A stretch of 64,000 nucleotides of DNA, from assembly GCF_009914755.1 (NCBI RefSeq), contig NC_060932.1; one strand, written 5' to 3'. The translations under genes were made by a program, and so were the position numbers. Positions 14,267 through 28,775 of this stretch are shown here, one piece after another (within the stretch, counting starts at the first letter, position 1; every line of letters begins with the position of its first letter). The notes under the pieces were generated by a model, which saw only the letters and a program-made list of their open reading frames with translations, searched no databases and was not told where the DNA came from. The stretch is from the human T2T-CHM13v2.0 reference genome, Homo sapiens.

Positions 14267-14621
14267 ATAAAATGTTATCAAACAGCATTACATGATACAG
14301 AGAAACCTTTCATAAAATAAAGAGTTCGTCAATGTAGCATACTTCATTGTTGTATAGAGGTTCTAAGATACTGCTATACCCACTCTAACCTTCAGCAATC
14401 ACAACCCTTATCAGTCAGCTGCCATCAACATTGAGGCAAGACCCTCCATCAGCAACACATTTACAATTTGCTGAAGTCTCAGGTGACTATTAGCATTTTT
14501 TAAGCAATAAGGTATATTTTAGTTAAGGTATGTACTTTAACTTTTTAGACTAATGCTATTGCACACAATAGACTACAGTATAGTATAAACATAAGTTTTA
14601 TATGCACCAGGAAAGCAAAGA

Positions 14622-14737
14622 TTTTTTTATTTTGTAAAATTTCTATTATTTGTAATTAACAGATAAAGTTGTATGTATTTATCATGTGTAATATGATTTA
14701 TTGAAGTATATATACATTGTAGAATGACTAAATCTAG
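14622..14737 (-). mobile_element. L1MA-type 3' end fragment inserted in Tigger1
   Basis: ttgtatgtatttatcatgtgtaatatg...tacattgtagaatgactaaatc; agattt duplicated at both flanks. Confidence 0.7.
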
Positions 14738-15233
14738 ATTTCATATGACTCACTTTATTGTGATAGCCTCTTCGTTGTGGTGCTCTGGAAATGAACTCAC
14801 AATGTCTCCAATGTATGCTTGTACTAGGAAGAATTCAGGACTCCAATAAAAGATACCATGTAAGTGGAATATCTCTGTGATCTAATTCACCTAAACTCAT
14901 AGGAATCACTACCCACTTAGCATACGGTAGTTTGCTTTAACAGTTCTGTTTGTTCTAGAAAAATATAATACAGAATTTTGCTAGACTCAGAGCCTGAGAA
15001 ACTGTTCCAGCAAAACATCATCCTTCCTTTCCATGTATGTCTCTTGTGAGCCATAGTTCATTAAGCCCAATGTAATAAGGAAGCTATAGACCTGATCATT
15101 TTAAAAGTTTGAATGAGAGTTTTAGAAATTATTCTCTAGGTTATATTGTTATCCCCACCGGAGTCAGAGAAGCTTGTTTGGTTACACTGTCATGACGCCT
15201 ACATTGCAATGTTTTAGGGCCACCTGCATCCCA

Positions 15234-15340
15234 AAAATCCCTCTCTCCTACCTGCATTCTTCTACAATCCTGTTTGTCCTTGACAAAATCCCTCTCTCCC
15301 ACCTGTACACATTCTTCTACAATCCTGTCTGTCCCTGACA
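15234..15340. repeat. Two-copy tandem duplication (~52-56 bp unit)
   Basis: aaatccctctctcc.acctg...cattcttctacaatcctgt.tgtcc.tgaca present twice. Confidence 0.9.
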
Positions 15341-16277
15341 CAATTAGTCACATTTCTCAGGACCTTTGGGAGGTACATATATTAATATTTCCAATAATAT
15401 TAGTTGCATGATTTAAAAAGAACTACACAGTGAGAGCTAAAGTCAGCAGAAATCATTTTCTTAGATTAACTTGGAACTTCCTTTTATTGTTTAGCAGACA
15501 GGAGCTTGGAAATAATGAGAAGAAAGATTCAGCAAGAGTGAGAGTGGAAAATCAGCTTGTGGTTTTGAGCATATCATGTGAAAAGGACAGTATTCTAAAA
15601 AGACACAGAGGGAGAAATGAATTAGAAGCAAAAGCAGACAAATTCCATTTTCGCTTTACAACCTTCACTAAGATTTAAGTGCATTTAAATGTTTGTAAAT
15701 ATAATATGATTTAGATAACAGAGAACTGGAGGATCACAGAGTGTATGTTTGGAAAAGATTTTCCATTATGATTTGAATTATTATTAGGTGAGATAGCCCC
15801 TTAGCCAAGAAAGAAGTACCCTATTACTGTAAATACAGGCTTCCCAGAAACACAAGCATGCTCAGGCTGTCCTCTGGCCACCAGAGGCAATGGCAGCAGA
15901 AACCTGAAGGACTGTTTGCAAGTGGAACAGATGCTTCTTGCCAAAAACGATTGAAATCCTCCAAGATGAGGATAGACCCAGAGGCTGACCTTGTAGTATA
16001 GGAGATAAAGAATGGAGTGATGCCGCTCAAGTGGGGAGAAAACTCTCAGGCAGCCTGACTTTGATAAATGATTTTAACTGTGATTCCAAAACAACAGGAA
16101 TGCATTAAGTGAGCTCTGGCAGCATCTAGGGACAAGCAACGCCGCACTTGTATTAATCATTCCAGCCCGGTCGACTGCCGACGTGATTCATAGGCAGTGC
16201 ACAGCATCATAGAAAAGCGGCCTGATGTTGTGGAAAAGGCATGCTGCGAAAAGTCAGGAGCACCAGGAGGCACATGC

Positions 16278-16366
16278 AAATATTACTGAACACCTGCTGT
16301 TTTCCAGATACCATGCTCAGCACTTTTCCAGCAGATTTTTACTGAGTCCTCCCAGAACCTTCTGTC
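16278..16366 (-). mobile_element. MIR fragment
   Basis: tactgaacacctgctgttttccagataccatgctcagcactt. Confidence 0.6.
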
Positions 16367-16374
16367 ATAGGCTT

Positions 16375-16480
16375 TGGTGTGCTGGAGCCAGCTCATACCA
16401 GCTAATGAAGGCATCTTTTTGTTGTTTGCATTTCTTCCCAGGTCCATGTGCAATGAGGTCACACTGGTAGCTTGAACTGC
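16375..16480 (+). mobile_element. MER63-like hAT fragment
   Basis: ggtgtgctggagccagctcataccagct...ggtagcttgaa. Confidence 0.55.
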
Positions 16481-17293
16481 ATTTTACATTCAAAGGCTTT
16501 AATCTTGTTATGATGGAAACCTTGAAGGAAAGGAAGGAAAGAAGCCTGTGTCCTACAACAATCATCATCTGAATGGAGTGCTTAATCCTTCTGTGCCTTC
16601 TCTCATCTTGTGATCATAGGCATCCCTCTAGTTAAGGGAGGATTTGCTGAAGACCCCTTAATAGGCAAGACAGCCTGACAAAGACTGCAATACTTCTGAG
16701 TGATAAGCAAGAAAATAATACAGATATAAAGTTGTAGAAACACCATCCACCATGTACAATCATTTGTATTTGTCAATGCTTACTTTTAACACATTTTCAT
16801 ATGGTACACAATCAAATGTCACCATTCAATGCTTTAGTGTTTGGGAGCTCAGCCCCATCCCAGAGCAGATGAAAGGAGTCTTTGATACTTGGAAGCCTCA
16901 TTTTCATCCTGATTCTTTGTTCTCTTCATCCTTTCTTCTTATTTTGTGAATGCCCTGCTTCCCCGATCTGATCTGATTTTCTTCTCTATTTCATCTCAGT
17001 AGAACACCAAGAGTCCCTATTTTATCAGAGTGTACCCTTGCTTACCAGAGTACCCATTAACCTAGTCTGAGTATCTTTACTTTCAAGAACATTATTAATA
17101 ATTCTTTATCTCTGATTGCACAAGTAATGCACGTTCTTCATTTTTTAAAAGTGTAGAGAAGCAAACGAGGATAAAAAGCTATCTGTATCCTCATTATTGC
17201 AAAAGATTATCACTGTCAATAATCTACCATATTCTATATTGGGTCTCCATTTTTTTTTCTAACTCGGCAAATTTTTAGATCAAAAGTTTAAAC

Positions 17294-17531
17294 CAGTGAT
17301 TTTCTATCAGTGATGATTTTGCCTAGACAATTCTTTCCTTCCTTCTACCAAAACATATTTGACAAAGTCTGGAGGCATTTTTGGTTGCCACAGCTTGGAG
17401 GGGGATGCTACTAGCATCTAGTGGATGGAGGCCATGGATGCATGTAAATGGACTAAAATGCTCAGTATAGTCCCCAAAACAGGGAATTATCCAGTCTAAA
17501 ATATTGATAGTAACCGGATTGAGAAAGTTTG
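17294..17531 (+). mobile_element. MER20 (hAT-Charlie)
   Basis: tctggaggcatttttggttgccacagc...gctactagcatctagtgg...gaattatccagtctaaaa. Confidence 0.88.
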
Positions 17532-17805
17532 GTCTAACATAAAGCCTAACACATCCTAGATTTTCCAACAACAAGTATTGTATTTCTGATTCCTCTAATA
17601 CCTTCAGTCAATATTCTGGTTTCTCCTTTGCCTGTCTTCCTCTTGGAGCCCAAAAATTATAATTCACCCATAGAATTGTCAGGCAATTCGTGAACACACA
17701 CTAGTGAACAAAGAACTAGATTCCTCTCTGTCCTCCAGTCCTGTGTTCCTCTCCAGATCTGCTTAGAACTATGTTGTTTTTTTCATGTTCTTTTAGTTGT
17801 GACTT

Positions 17806-17874
<69 letters not shown>
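17806..17874. repeat. Compound (TC)n(TG)n microsatellite
   Basis: Directly visible. Confidence 0.98.
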
Positions 17875-17875
<1 letters not shown>

Positions 17876-18554
17876 CTACTCATTTTTGTACCCAAGTACT
17901 TTGAATTGATCATTTCCACATTTTATTATGGGCTTGGTTATGAACTCTTCACATTCTATGAAAGGTTTAGTCTTCAAGATAAATTAACAAAAAGTAGTGG
18001 CATCACTAGAGAGGAAGCCTAAGGGGACAGCAGGGGGTGCTCCAGGGGGCTATGGGCTCCTAGGATAATAGAGAAGAAGGAGAGGGCAGTGAGACTGCCA
18101 GGGAAGTCAAGGCAGGCTCCCCCAGCTCAGGTAGACCCAGAAGTATAGCATGCAGGCATCCTAGGGCCCTGAAACAAACTCCAAGCATCCAGTGTCTAAA
18201 AGACTTTTCCCCCTTCTCAAATGCCTGGAAGGACAGGGTCATACTTCTCTGTCATTTCCAAGAGCCTGAGATATTGTGGGACTTTCAGAGATATTATGCA
18301 TATGGTAGTTTACATTTGTATAGGCAGTTTCCTTTTAATGAGATATCTTCCATCGTGAATATAAAATGTTTCTAAGATCTGGATGCTGCGTAACTACGGG
18401 GTTTTGTTGCACACATATTTCAGCCAAAGAGAGTCCTTTTCTATCATATTCCCCTATCCCACTACAAACATCCTGGGTACCAAAGGTGTAACTCTTCACT
18501 AAGAATTATGTTTCCAATAATAAATATGCTGAATAGTTAAAATTTCATTATCAC

Positions 18555-18925
18555 TATGGCTAATATTCATAGAGTTTTGTAGACTGTAAAGCATTTCCAC
18601 AGTTTATGTTACTTGTTTCTCACAATTGTGTGAAGTATTTGGGGCACTTGATTTTACATTAGAATTGATGTACATTCCCCTCTCTGCCACTTAGTATCTA
18701 TTTGGCTTCAGGCAAGCCACTTAGCTTCTTTGAACTTGTTTTATCATCTGTAAAATTATTCTTGTTTTATTTGGTTCTAGTGAGATCAAAATAAGAAAAT
18801 GTATTACAGCGAAATTTCTGTCAGCAATAAAGCATGTTACCAACACAAGCAACTATTTTGCAGATGGAGGCACTGAAGCTGGAAAAGACTGGTAATGTTT
18901 TGAATGTTATATACCTAGTAAGTCC
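18555..18925. mobile_element. MIR fragments (sense MIR within antisense MIR pieces)
   Basis: ggcaagccacttagc...tcatctgtaaaat (+) flanked by tattttgcagatggaggcactgaagct (-). Confidence 0.55.
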
Positions 18926-18952
18926 TCCTTGCAGATTTCTGATATTAGTATA

Positions 18953-19105
18953 CAGATGGTGCCCAACTTAATGGTGGCTTGATTTACAATTTTTTGACCT
19001 GATAATGTGTTTATTGAGGTATCAAATGCATTTTTAACTTACAATGGTTTTGACTCATTATGGATTTATTGGGACGTAACCCCACTGTAAGTCAAGGAGC
19101 ATCTG
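18953..19105 (-). mobile_element. Tigger4 (Zombi/MER46)-derived short element
   Basis: Inverted termini cagatggt...gagcatctg; gggacgtaaccccactgtaagtcaaggagcatctg. Confidence 0.8.
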
Positions 19106-19384
19106 CGTTCTGATACCGCATTCAGCTCTCATTCCACTAGGTGCTCTCAAAAGCTCCTGTCATTGCTCCAGGTGATCTTAAAACTTAGCAACTCAATAAT
19201 TTATATTCTACATTCTGCTTAGATTTTAACACAATAGAACTGATGCCTGATGCAGTGACGGCCACAAAGGCTGTAAATGCTGAATAAATACTCTGCCTGC
19301 TTGAGTGATTACCTTAAATTAATAATGAAATAAAATACACATTCCCACCAGTCTTAAATGATAATTCCTTAGCAAGAGTAATCA

Positions 19385-19635
19385 CCGCATAATGGATACA
19401 AAGTGGGGTTCTGAAAGCAGACAATCCCAGGTTTAAAACCAAGCCCTGACCTTCATAAATTGTACAACCCTGAACAACTTCCTTAACATCTATGAACCTT
19501 TAGTTCTGAATCTGTTAAATGAGGACAGTGACATTTCATAAAATCTCTGTAAGAATTAAAAACATGTTGTATCAAAAGAGCTGAGTACTATGTCTGGCAT
19601 ATTATATGCACTTAATAAATGTTACCTATTTCTAT
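19385..19635 (+). mobile_element. MIR, near full length
   Basis: tRNA-like head through core to tgtctggcatattatatgcacttaataaatgttacctatt. Confidence 0.85.
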
Positions 19636-20202
19636 TATTTGACACCTAGTGTCTTCTTTTCTGTTCTATTGAGCTCATGTTATTTCAAGGAAGACTATTT
19701 GAAATTTAAGAGAAATACTCATTCCTCTTGCTAACGACAAAGATTTGTTTAGGAGGCAGGAGGGAGACGTAAAATTGGAAGCAAATATCCCCTTGAGTTG
19801 GTGGCTCAAAGGGATGCGTTTCTTTGCAAGGAATTTTTTTAAATATAAAGAAGTTGATATTTTTTTCCCTATGAGATCTATTAGTGAGGAAATAGAATTC
19901 TTCCTCCTAGTGTGGTTCAATATAGACATCAGTTGCAACATGCCCTGATTAAAAACACACTTGCCTCTAAGATAGAAAACATTTGTCTTGTTCAAAAACC
20001 AAGAGAAAAAGAAGAGTTCTTAACATAGAAATAATTAATGGGGAACCATGGAATTGGCCAGGGTCAGAAGATTTTTGGAAGAACAACTATGAGTTTTATT
20101 TTTAACTACTAGGGCTGAAAAGCAGAAGCTGAAAAAATCACACCCCCTACTGCCCTTAAGTAATGAAAAGGTCCTCCTGTTTAATTCCTTTCTGTCACTT
20201 AC

Positions 20203-20261
20203 TCCCAAGGGCCTCCACCTCCAAACCTGCAGTGCAAGAGTAATTTCCTGTTAGAATCCAT
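20203..20261 (-). ncRNA. Candidate exon (59 nt) of a putative minus-strand transcript
   Basis: T39-cag|ATGG acceptor and GGA|gtaagt donor on the minus strand. Confidence 0.35.
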
Positions 20262-20264
20262 CTG

Positions 20265-20303
<39 letters not shown>
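20265..20303 (+). repeat. Orphan A39 homopolymer
   Basis: Directly visible; no adjacent Alu/L1 body and no TSD. Confidence 0.95.
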
Positions 20304-20306
<3 letters not shown>

Positions 20307-22188
20307 CTGTTGCTGGATTGTGTCTTGCCTGCTACAGTGTGGGGGCTTGTTTTCATGCCAGGTCTCAGCAAACACCTGAAGAGACAAGTGTATTTTGGAG
20401 GAGCTGACGTCCCAAGGTATCAAGCTGTAAGCTCTTTCCTCCACCAATCTTCTCACATCGTGAGAATAAAGTCAGCCAAGGACTCAAAATAAACTTTCTA
20501 AACACTCTTTTCTCATTGCTGTCCCTGCTGTGGTGCTCTATTCCTTAGCCACCTGACCTTCTTGTTCAAAGCTTCCAATCAATTCCCCAGCTAAGTGCTG
20601 TCTTTCTGGAATTGAGAACACTGCTGAAATTTCAAAGATTGACATTTTTGAACACCTGGGTGAGAACCTCCTGGTGAGATAAGACAGAGAAATAATAGAG
20701 TGGGCTCGTCAACATACTGAAAACCTTCAGCGTTCAGGAGATGGATACACAATGATTTAAAAGGAATGAGAGCTTAATACTTGTGGCCAACATTCTTAAC
20801 ACCAATCCAAATATATCACACATTCTTTAATTGTGATGTGCCTAGGTAGACTGAAATTTTCTCAGTGTCCAAAGATTTTATGCTCTTCTGCCTTCATAAC
20901 CAGAGACAGGTGATCCTTAGTTCTGGTTGAGACTTCAAGACGGAAAATTTTTAATGGCAAAGTAAATATTTTTGGAGTTTTACTAAAGTTTATGTCACAG
21001 AAGTTCTGAAAGGGAGTTTCTACCACAGGGAGGAAAAAAATAGGGTAGGCCTCTAGGAATCTCAATTGCATGAGAAACAAAGGAACCTCCCTGCAAAAAG
21101 AGAGGTGAGAAATTCAAGCTACACACTCACAAGTGTCAGAAGCAATTTTCTCCTGACCTCATGGCATGTGAAGTATTTTATTATGGTGGACAAAAGAAGA
21201 GAGTGATACCAGCGCCCAGTGGGAAACTGGGAAAACTGACCGGGCAGCAGGAGCATTTCCTTCCTGAAGGGAACAGCAGCATGCATATGTGTACCCAAGA
21301 GACTGGGGAAAAGAAAAAATCAGCATAACTAAAACTCGATGAGCAAGATGGAGTCCACTCAAAGACAACCCAGGAAAGCAATATCTAGATTGTAAGGCAG
21401 GAGCCATTCTCAGCAGGTAAAATAAGCCCATTTAAGGTGGGACAAGGGAGATGTGAAGCCAAACAGAGCCCTACGGAAAAGAACAGGTAAACATAAGATG
21501 AAAAGGCCATGACTCTTAGTCAACTCTCAGGCATTCAAAATGAGGTTACGTTCTCCAAAGGTAACCATGGAAGGGCCAGGCAACAGGTAACTGAGTTGAG
21601 GACCATTCAAACAAACTAACCCACACACGGTGTGAGCAGATTCATTAGGTAAGTTTCAGGATTCACGTAGGCACCAAATTCCAAATTCATCATTAGGTCT
21701 AAGGCACTAGGAGTGCTGGGAATTAATGCTGGAAGAATGAAAGGAAGTGGGCTAATAAGGTTAGTTCTAGCTAATATTTGCTAGAGAATGGTTTTCAGTG
21801 GTACCATCAGGTTTGATTCTCATTGAGCCTGGTCCTGGGTTGGCCTGAATTTGCAGTAGCGAAATGCCTTCAATTAACCATTTTATCTATCCTCTTGGAA
21901 ACCGTCATCACAGTAGCACATGGTGGAGTGATTTTCATTATTTTGCACAATTCCACTGAAGATTTTCAGGTAAGAAGACAACTAATGACATTTATAAAAT
22001 GATAACTATGACATTTATAAAATGGCCATAGCATGTCTACCTTTCAAAATTGTTGTGAAAATTAAATATAATAATTCCTGTAGGGTTTATAGCTATGGTG
22101 TCTAAGAATACTATGTACTCATTACACAGTAGTTATAATAATTCTAATAATTATTATGAAGCATAGCATCTTTGTCCCTCTTAACTAA

Positions 22189-22872
<684 letters not shown>

Positions 22873-23519
22873 TCAAGTAGGTAGATATTCTAGTTGTGTT
22901 GCAAACAATCAACTCACAAATTTCATTACAGAGAAAGCAGGATGATGCCTCAGGTGGTAGACAGGACAGACATGCAAAATGTCATAAATGTTCACATTTG
23001 AAGAAAAAAAATCTAAAGACAAATGAAGGTTTTCAAATGAGGAGTAAATTCCACTTAAGTCATTTTCACCACCACTGAACAACAGCACACAAAAGCAATT
23101 GTTCTAGGAGAACTAAGGAGAACATCAGCAGGTGATGAGGCTTCTGCTGCAGTAACTCCTAGGAGTCCGTTCACAGCCACCCATTGCCATGATTCTCAAG
23201 TCCAGCTATGTGACAGAAGCATTTAGGACCTTTAAACAATATTCATGCCTCATTATTTTTTCCCAGACATTCTGATTTAATTTTTGCAAGCAAGTTTGGG
23301 AATTGTTGAACTGTCATTATAGGCCAAGATGAAGGAAAACCTAGAAGAAGGTTGGCTTCTAACTCAACAGCTTCATTATCACGGGAAAGAAACTCTGCAG
23401 TTCAACCACAATCTTGGTCCCTCTCCACTCCCTTGGGCAGCTGGATCACTGAATCACTGAATGCAGCCTTCCATGGAGCAGAGTGTAAAGGGATCCAGCA
23501 ACCCAACGCCAACATGGTG

Positions 23520-24767
23520 ATAAGGCACCAGTCCAGCAACCCAGCAGTAAGCCAAGTATCAAGCCAGGAGAAAGCTCTCCTGAAACAAAGACAAATGAAC
23601 AGAGCAAACACAGCAAAGCACGTGAAAAAATTCTGCATCATAAATGGAGAAAATAGTATACTCAAGAGAATTAAAAAAATAACTATTTTTGAAAAGGAGA
23701 AAAATGACAATTTTACATCTATTTTGCACTACCAATAAAATTTCAAGACAAGGAGAATTTTATAAGACATAATGATTGGGAGTTAAGACAGAATAAAGGT
23801 AGCAGAAAAGAAGTTTTAAGAATTAACTGTACAGAAATGGATTGTATCATTGCTTCAGTTCTGTGCTGTCCTTAATATTTGTTTATTTAAGCAAATGCAT
23901 TAAATTAAAAGGAGGTTTCAGGGCAAAGGTTGTGATCTGGGACTTATAACACTCAAAAATACTGATTAATAATTTTGCATTAATTACTGTCTTGCATTCT
24001 CAAAATGCAAGACATCAGAAAATACACCACCTGAGGTTCTTTCCAAAAAGGGAGAAACAAAGAAAAAGGCAAAGTCTCCAAAACATAGTCCTGCCAGTCA
24101 AAAGAGACCCATATTTATAAGTGGTATAAAATTCTAGACTGTACTAACAAAAATGAGGAAATGAGAGGGAAAAAGCTAGAAGGAAATGAAATTATACCAG
24201 TATTTTCATATTACATAGAGAAGAACCTGGGTATTGCTTGTGTTAATATTAAGTATTAAAGGAATAGATATACTAAATATGTATATATACTTTTTCTAAA
24301 ATTACTAAAAAAATAGTACAAAGCATATTTTTAATGAAAGAACAAGAAATCACACAAAAATATTAAAATTGGTGACACAAATAAAACTAAACATATTAAA
24401 TATATGATTCCCCCAATACTATTAACTGATGATGGGGTTATAAGTATATATATGCTTGCCTATAACAGACACATCTCAAATAAAGTGACAAAGATAACAG
24501 TAGTAAAGGAATGAACAAAGATATACAAAACAATAAAAAAGAAAATGGAAGAAAGGTAGAGTATTAACGTAAGGCAGAATTCAAAGCAAAAAAGCATTAC
24601 AAGACATAAACAGTGCAATTATGTCTTTGATAACAAATATAATCCAAAATGAGGACATATATCAGTCATGGATGTTTACACATCAAATTGCACAGCATTA
24701 AATCAAAACAAAAATCATTAGAAACACATAGAGAAATAGAGAACTAAAAAAGGTATGGGAGACTTCA
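23520..24767 (+). mobile_element. Highly degraded L1M (ORF1/ORF2-start pieces)
   Basis: A-rich; gcagaattcaaagcaaaaaagcattacaagacataaa resembles the ORF2 endonuclease region. Confidence 0.55.
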
Positions 24768-24768
24768 A

Positions 24769-25272
24769 ATGAATAGAAATCATTCTATTACAAAGATACA
24801 TGCACATGTATGTTCATCGCAGCACTATTCACAATAATAGCAAAGACATGGAATCAACCCAAACGCCCATCAATTATAGACTGGATAAAGAAAATGTGGT
24901 ATTTATACACCATAGAATACTATGTTGCCATTAGAAAAAAAAACCATGAGATCATGTCCTTTGCAGGGACATGGATGGAGCTGGAAGCCATTAACCTCCA
25001 CAAACTAACACAGGAACAGAAAACCATGTTCTTACTCATAAGAGGGAGCTGAACGATGAACACATGGACACAGGGAGGAGAATAACACATATTGGGGCCT
25101 GTCAGTGGGGCAGGTGGGTAGAAGGAGAGCATCAAGAAAAATAGTTAATGCATGCTGGGCTTAATACCTAGGTGATGGGTTGATAGGTGCAGCAAACCAC
25201 CATGGCACATGTTTACCTATGTAGCAAACTTACACATCCTGCACATGTTCCCCAGAACTTAAAATAAAATAA
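24769..25272 (+). mobile_element. L1PA (roughly L1PA11-13) 5'-truncated 3' end
   Basis: MFIAALFTI..KTWNQPK ORF2 tail; 3'UTR gcagcaaaccaccatggcac; TSD gtatgggagactt on both sides. Confidence 0.93.
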
Positions 25273-25819
25273 AATGTATGGGAGACTTTAACATAACCGC
25301 TTGTAGTTGATTAATCAAGTAGTTGCATACATGCATATGTGTGTGTTTGTGCGTGTGTGTGTTTGTGTGTGTGTGTAGAAAGAGACAAAGAATAAAAAGG
25401 ATCTCTATAACTAAAGGTCCAAGCCACTGGCCTCTAAACCAAGAAATGTATTTAACAGCATTAAAAGTGGCAACACCAGCAGCAGAAAGGTCAAGATAAA
25501 AAACACACAGGAACAGCAGAAGTGACAGCAGCAATGAAAGAGGGATTTCACTGTGTCCCACAGAAGACACCTGCTATGTTTGCAGTCCTACTGAGACAAA
25601 TGTTACTGAAATGCTTTGGTCTTCCATTTTTCTATCCAGGTTGGTGGCTACCATGTTTATTTATATACCACCACTCTGTAACTAAAGCTAAACGTGATTC
25701 TTTACTTCTCTCCCTTCTACCCAACACCAATGTCAATGTCAGTGTGGCCTTTGAAAATGAGATCTGCAACTACAATAAAACTTTGTTCAATGCAACTACC
25801 ATGCTGCTTATTACGACCT

Positions 25820-26210
25820 TGTGATACTGTGAAATATATATGTGGTTTCCTCCTCTGTTTCCTGGCACACAATAACTAAAAGTTTTGGAATCTCTTAAGT
25901 GATAAGTGCCTTTGTGAATGCCAGTGAGAAGACTGGTGGCTTTGGGCTCCTGGATAGCCTCAGGATGGGGTCTGGTTGCCACGGGAACCAACCAAGAGAC
26001 TAGAGGGTTGGGACTTTCAGCCCTACCCCCACCTCTGCGGAGGGAAGAGAGGCTAAAGATTGAATTGATGATTATTGGTCAATGATTTAATTAGTCATAC
26101 CTATGTAATGAAACCTCTGTAACAACAACAACAACAACAAACTGGATCTAAGGAGATTCTAGATAGCTGAACATGTAGAAATTGCTGAAGGTAGCACACC
26201 CAGAGAGGTG
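25820..26210 (+). mobile_element. MER21 LTR, 5' part
   Basis: tgtgatactgtgaaatatata...tagagggttgggactttcagccctacccc...aatgatttaattagtcatacctatgtaatgaa. Confidence 0.85.
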
Positions 26211-26214
26211 CTAC

Positions 26215-26490
26215 TGCTACCCAGTCTGACAGCTACTAGCCTTTGTAGCTTTTGAGCTCTTGAAATGTGGATAGAATAAACTAAGATGTAACATAAGTAT
26301 AAAAAACACCCTGAATTTTCAAGACTTAGTGCAAATAATTAAAATGATCTCACTATTTTGTGTATATTAGATTAAATAAAATATATTGTTAATATAAATC
26401 ATACATGTTTATTTCTGCTTTTCTAATGTGACTACTAGAAAATTTTAAATTATATGTGTGGCTTGCATTATATTTCCATCAGATGTGCTA
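26215..26490 (-). mobile_element. MER33 (hAT-Charlie)
   Basis: aatgtgactactagaaaattttaaattatatgtgtggcttgcattatattt. Confidence 0.8.
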
Positions 26491-26754
26491 ATAAACAGTT
26501 TTGACTCTCTTGTGAATATAATACCACTTGAGAAATTCTAAGCTATATTAGGAATAATCAACTTGCAATGAATTAAAGTGCACCAAAATACGTCATATCT
26601 GAAACATCCACTGAACCAAAAGCTGTGTATTCTGTGATTATTTTTAAGGCACATTAAAATGTTTTTGTGACTTGGCATAATTCCAATAAATATTTGTTTA
26701 TACTGGTGGTGGGAGAGAGTAAGAACAGGTGAATTGCATGGCATATGGAGTACG

Positions 26755-27483
<729 letters not shown>

Positions 27484-27624
27484 CTACTACATGGAATTAA
27501 CTTTTCTGAAGGACAAATCTCTTCTGAATATTTGTCATTTTCCTCTGTCATATGAAATGAAATCTAAAACACTATTCATAGGAAAGCAAACTGGTACAAC
27601 CCTAAGGCACACACACACTCCAAA

Positions 27625-27895
27625 AACCCCATATTCTGAATGAATCTATTTATATAAAGTACAGGAAAAGGCCAAACTAATCTACAGTAAGAAATACTAG
27701 AAGAGTGACTGTATATGCCAGGTGAGGACTGACTGGAAGGGGTAATAAAGGCACGTTCTAGATGATGGAATCATTTCATATTCTGATTGAGGTCACGGTT
27801 AATTCTATGTATGCATTTATAGAACTCACAAGATTGTACAGTCTGTGCATTTCAATGTATGCAAATTTTACTTCAATGAAAAAAATGTTTAAATA
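27625..27895 (+). mobile_element. L1ME-like 3' end
   Basis: ggccaaactaatctacagt...tgtgcatttcaatgtatgcaaattttacttcaat. Confidence 0.75.
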
Positions 27896-28379
27896 TAGAA
27901 AGAACAGCTTTATAAGCTTTAGCTTAGTTTTCCAGTTACCATGACTGTAGATGCAGAACTTTCCTAAAGATATTAGCCCTACAGCTCAGGCCTCCAAAAT
28001 TCCTAGTACTAGGAGGCACATGAGGTAAACCAACAGGCAGGAGAAAAGAAGGGGAATAGGAATTGATAGTAAAAAGACTTGAGGACTCATGGGTGTAGAC
28101 TCAGCAGTTGTAACAACATCATAATCAAGCCAGAGCCATGATAACTCATAAATACATTCACATTCAAGCCTCCAGAGACATCCTTTTGCTATTTATCTGC
28201 CTAGAATGTTTTCTTACTACTCTTTTCATTGATCCAAATCCACGGTGTTCATTTGCGGTTCCGTCGTCAAGGAGCAAAACCCCTGAGAAGATATTTTAAA
28301 ACTCAGGGGCAGCAGAAAGCTCCTCAGCACCCTATGTGCTTTTTTTAAAATTTAAATTTAAATTTGCTGGTGGGGCTTA

Positions 28380-28775
28380 TGGTGGGATCACAGTACTTTT
28401 TGTGATGCTGGTCTGGAATAGAACAGTTATCAACGAACTTTTTTTTGTCTTGCTAAGCTGCTTCTTTCCTGGTTCTTTGCTCAGAAATCAGGCTTTGGTT
28501 GGGGCTTTTTTTTTCTTTTTTTCCTGCACCTGTTGGCATTTCTAGGTTTCCAGTTTCTCCAACTCCAAGTCTGGGATATATGAGACAGAAAAAGAACTCA
28601 CTTAAACTTAACTCACCCTGCAAGCATGTAGGTCATGAGTACCCTGACCTGTCTGCCTTCTCTACACCGTTCCAAGCCTTCTTATGTTTGCTTCAATTTA
28701 AAGGCCAGGGTGTTTAGCTGTGCTTATCAAGAGAACTAGGGAAAAATGACTCCACCTTTTCAGAAGCAAAAGTCT
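28380..28775 (-). mobile_element. L1M (L1MD-like) 5'UTR fragment
   Basis: agtctgggatata is the reverse complement of tatatcccagact in the L1 at ~4800; ends ...gaagcaaaagtc. Confidence 0.65.

Larger units (their letters stand above)
12017..14821 (+). mobile_element. Tigger1 DNA transposon, full length, degraded
   Basis: caggcacagctggttttgttgtgc start, gtatgcttg end, TA TSDs at 12015-16 and 14822-23; nested Alu and L1 fragment. Confidence 0.95.

Noticed and set aside
21410-21976. Cluster of plus-strand AG|GTAA motifs and ttttcag|gtaaga (recursive-splice-like)
   Set aside because: Short pyrimidine tract with an upstream AG, no paired acceptors; may lie in an unrecognised old repeat
21980-22024. 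Small tandem duplications (also ~47914-47935 and ~48950-48985)
   Set aside because: Ordinary two-copy slippage events
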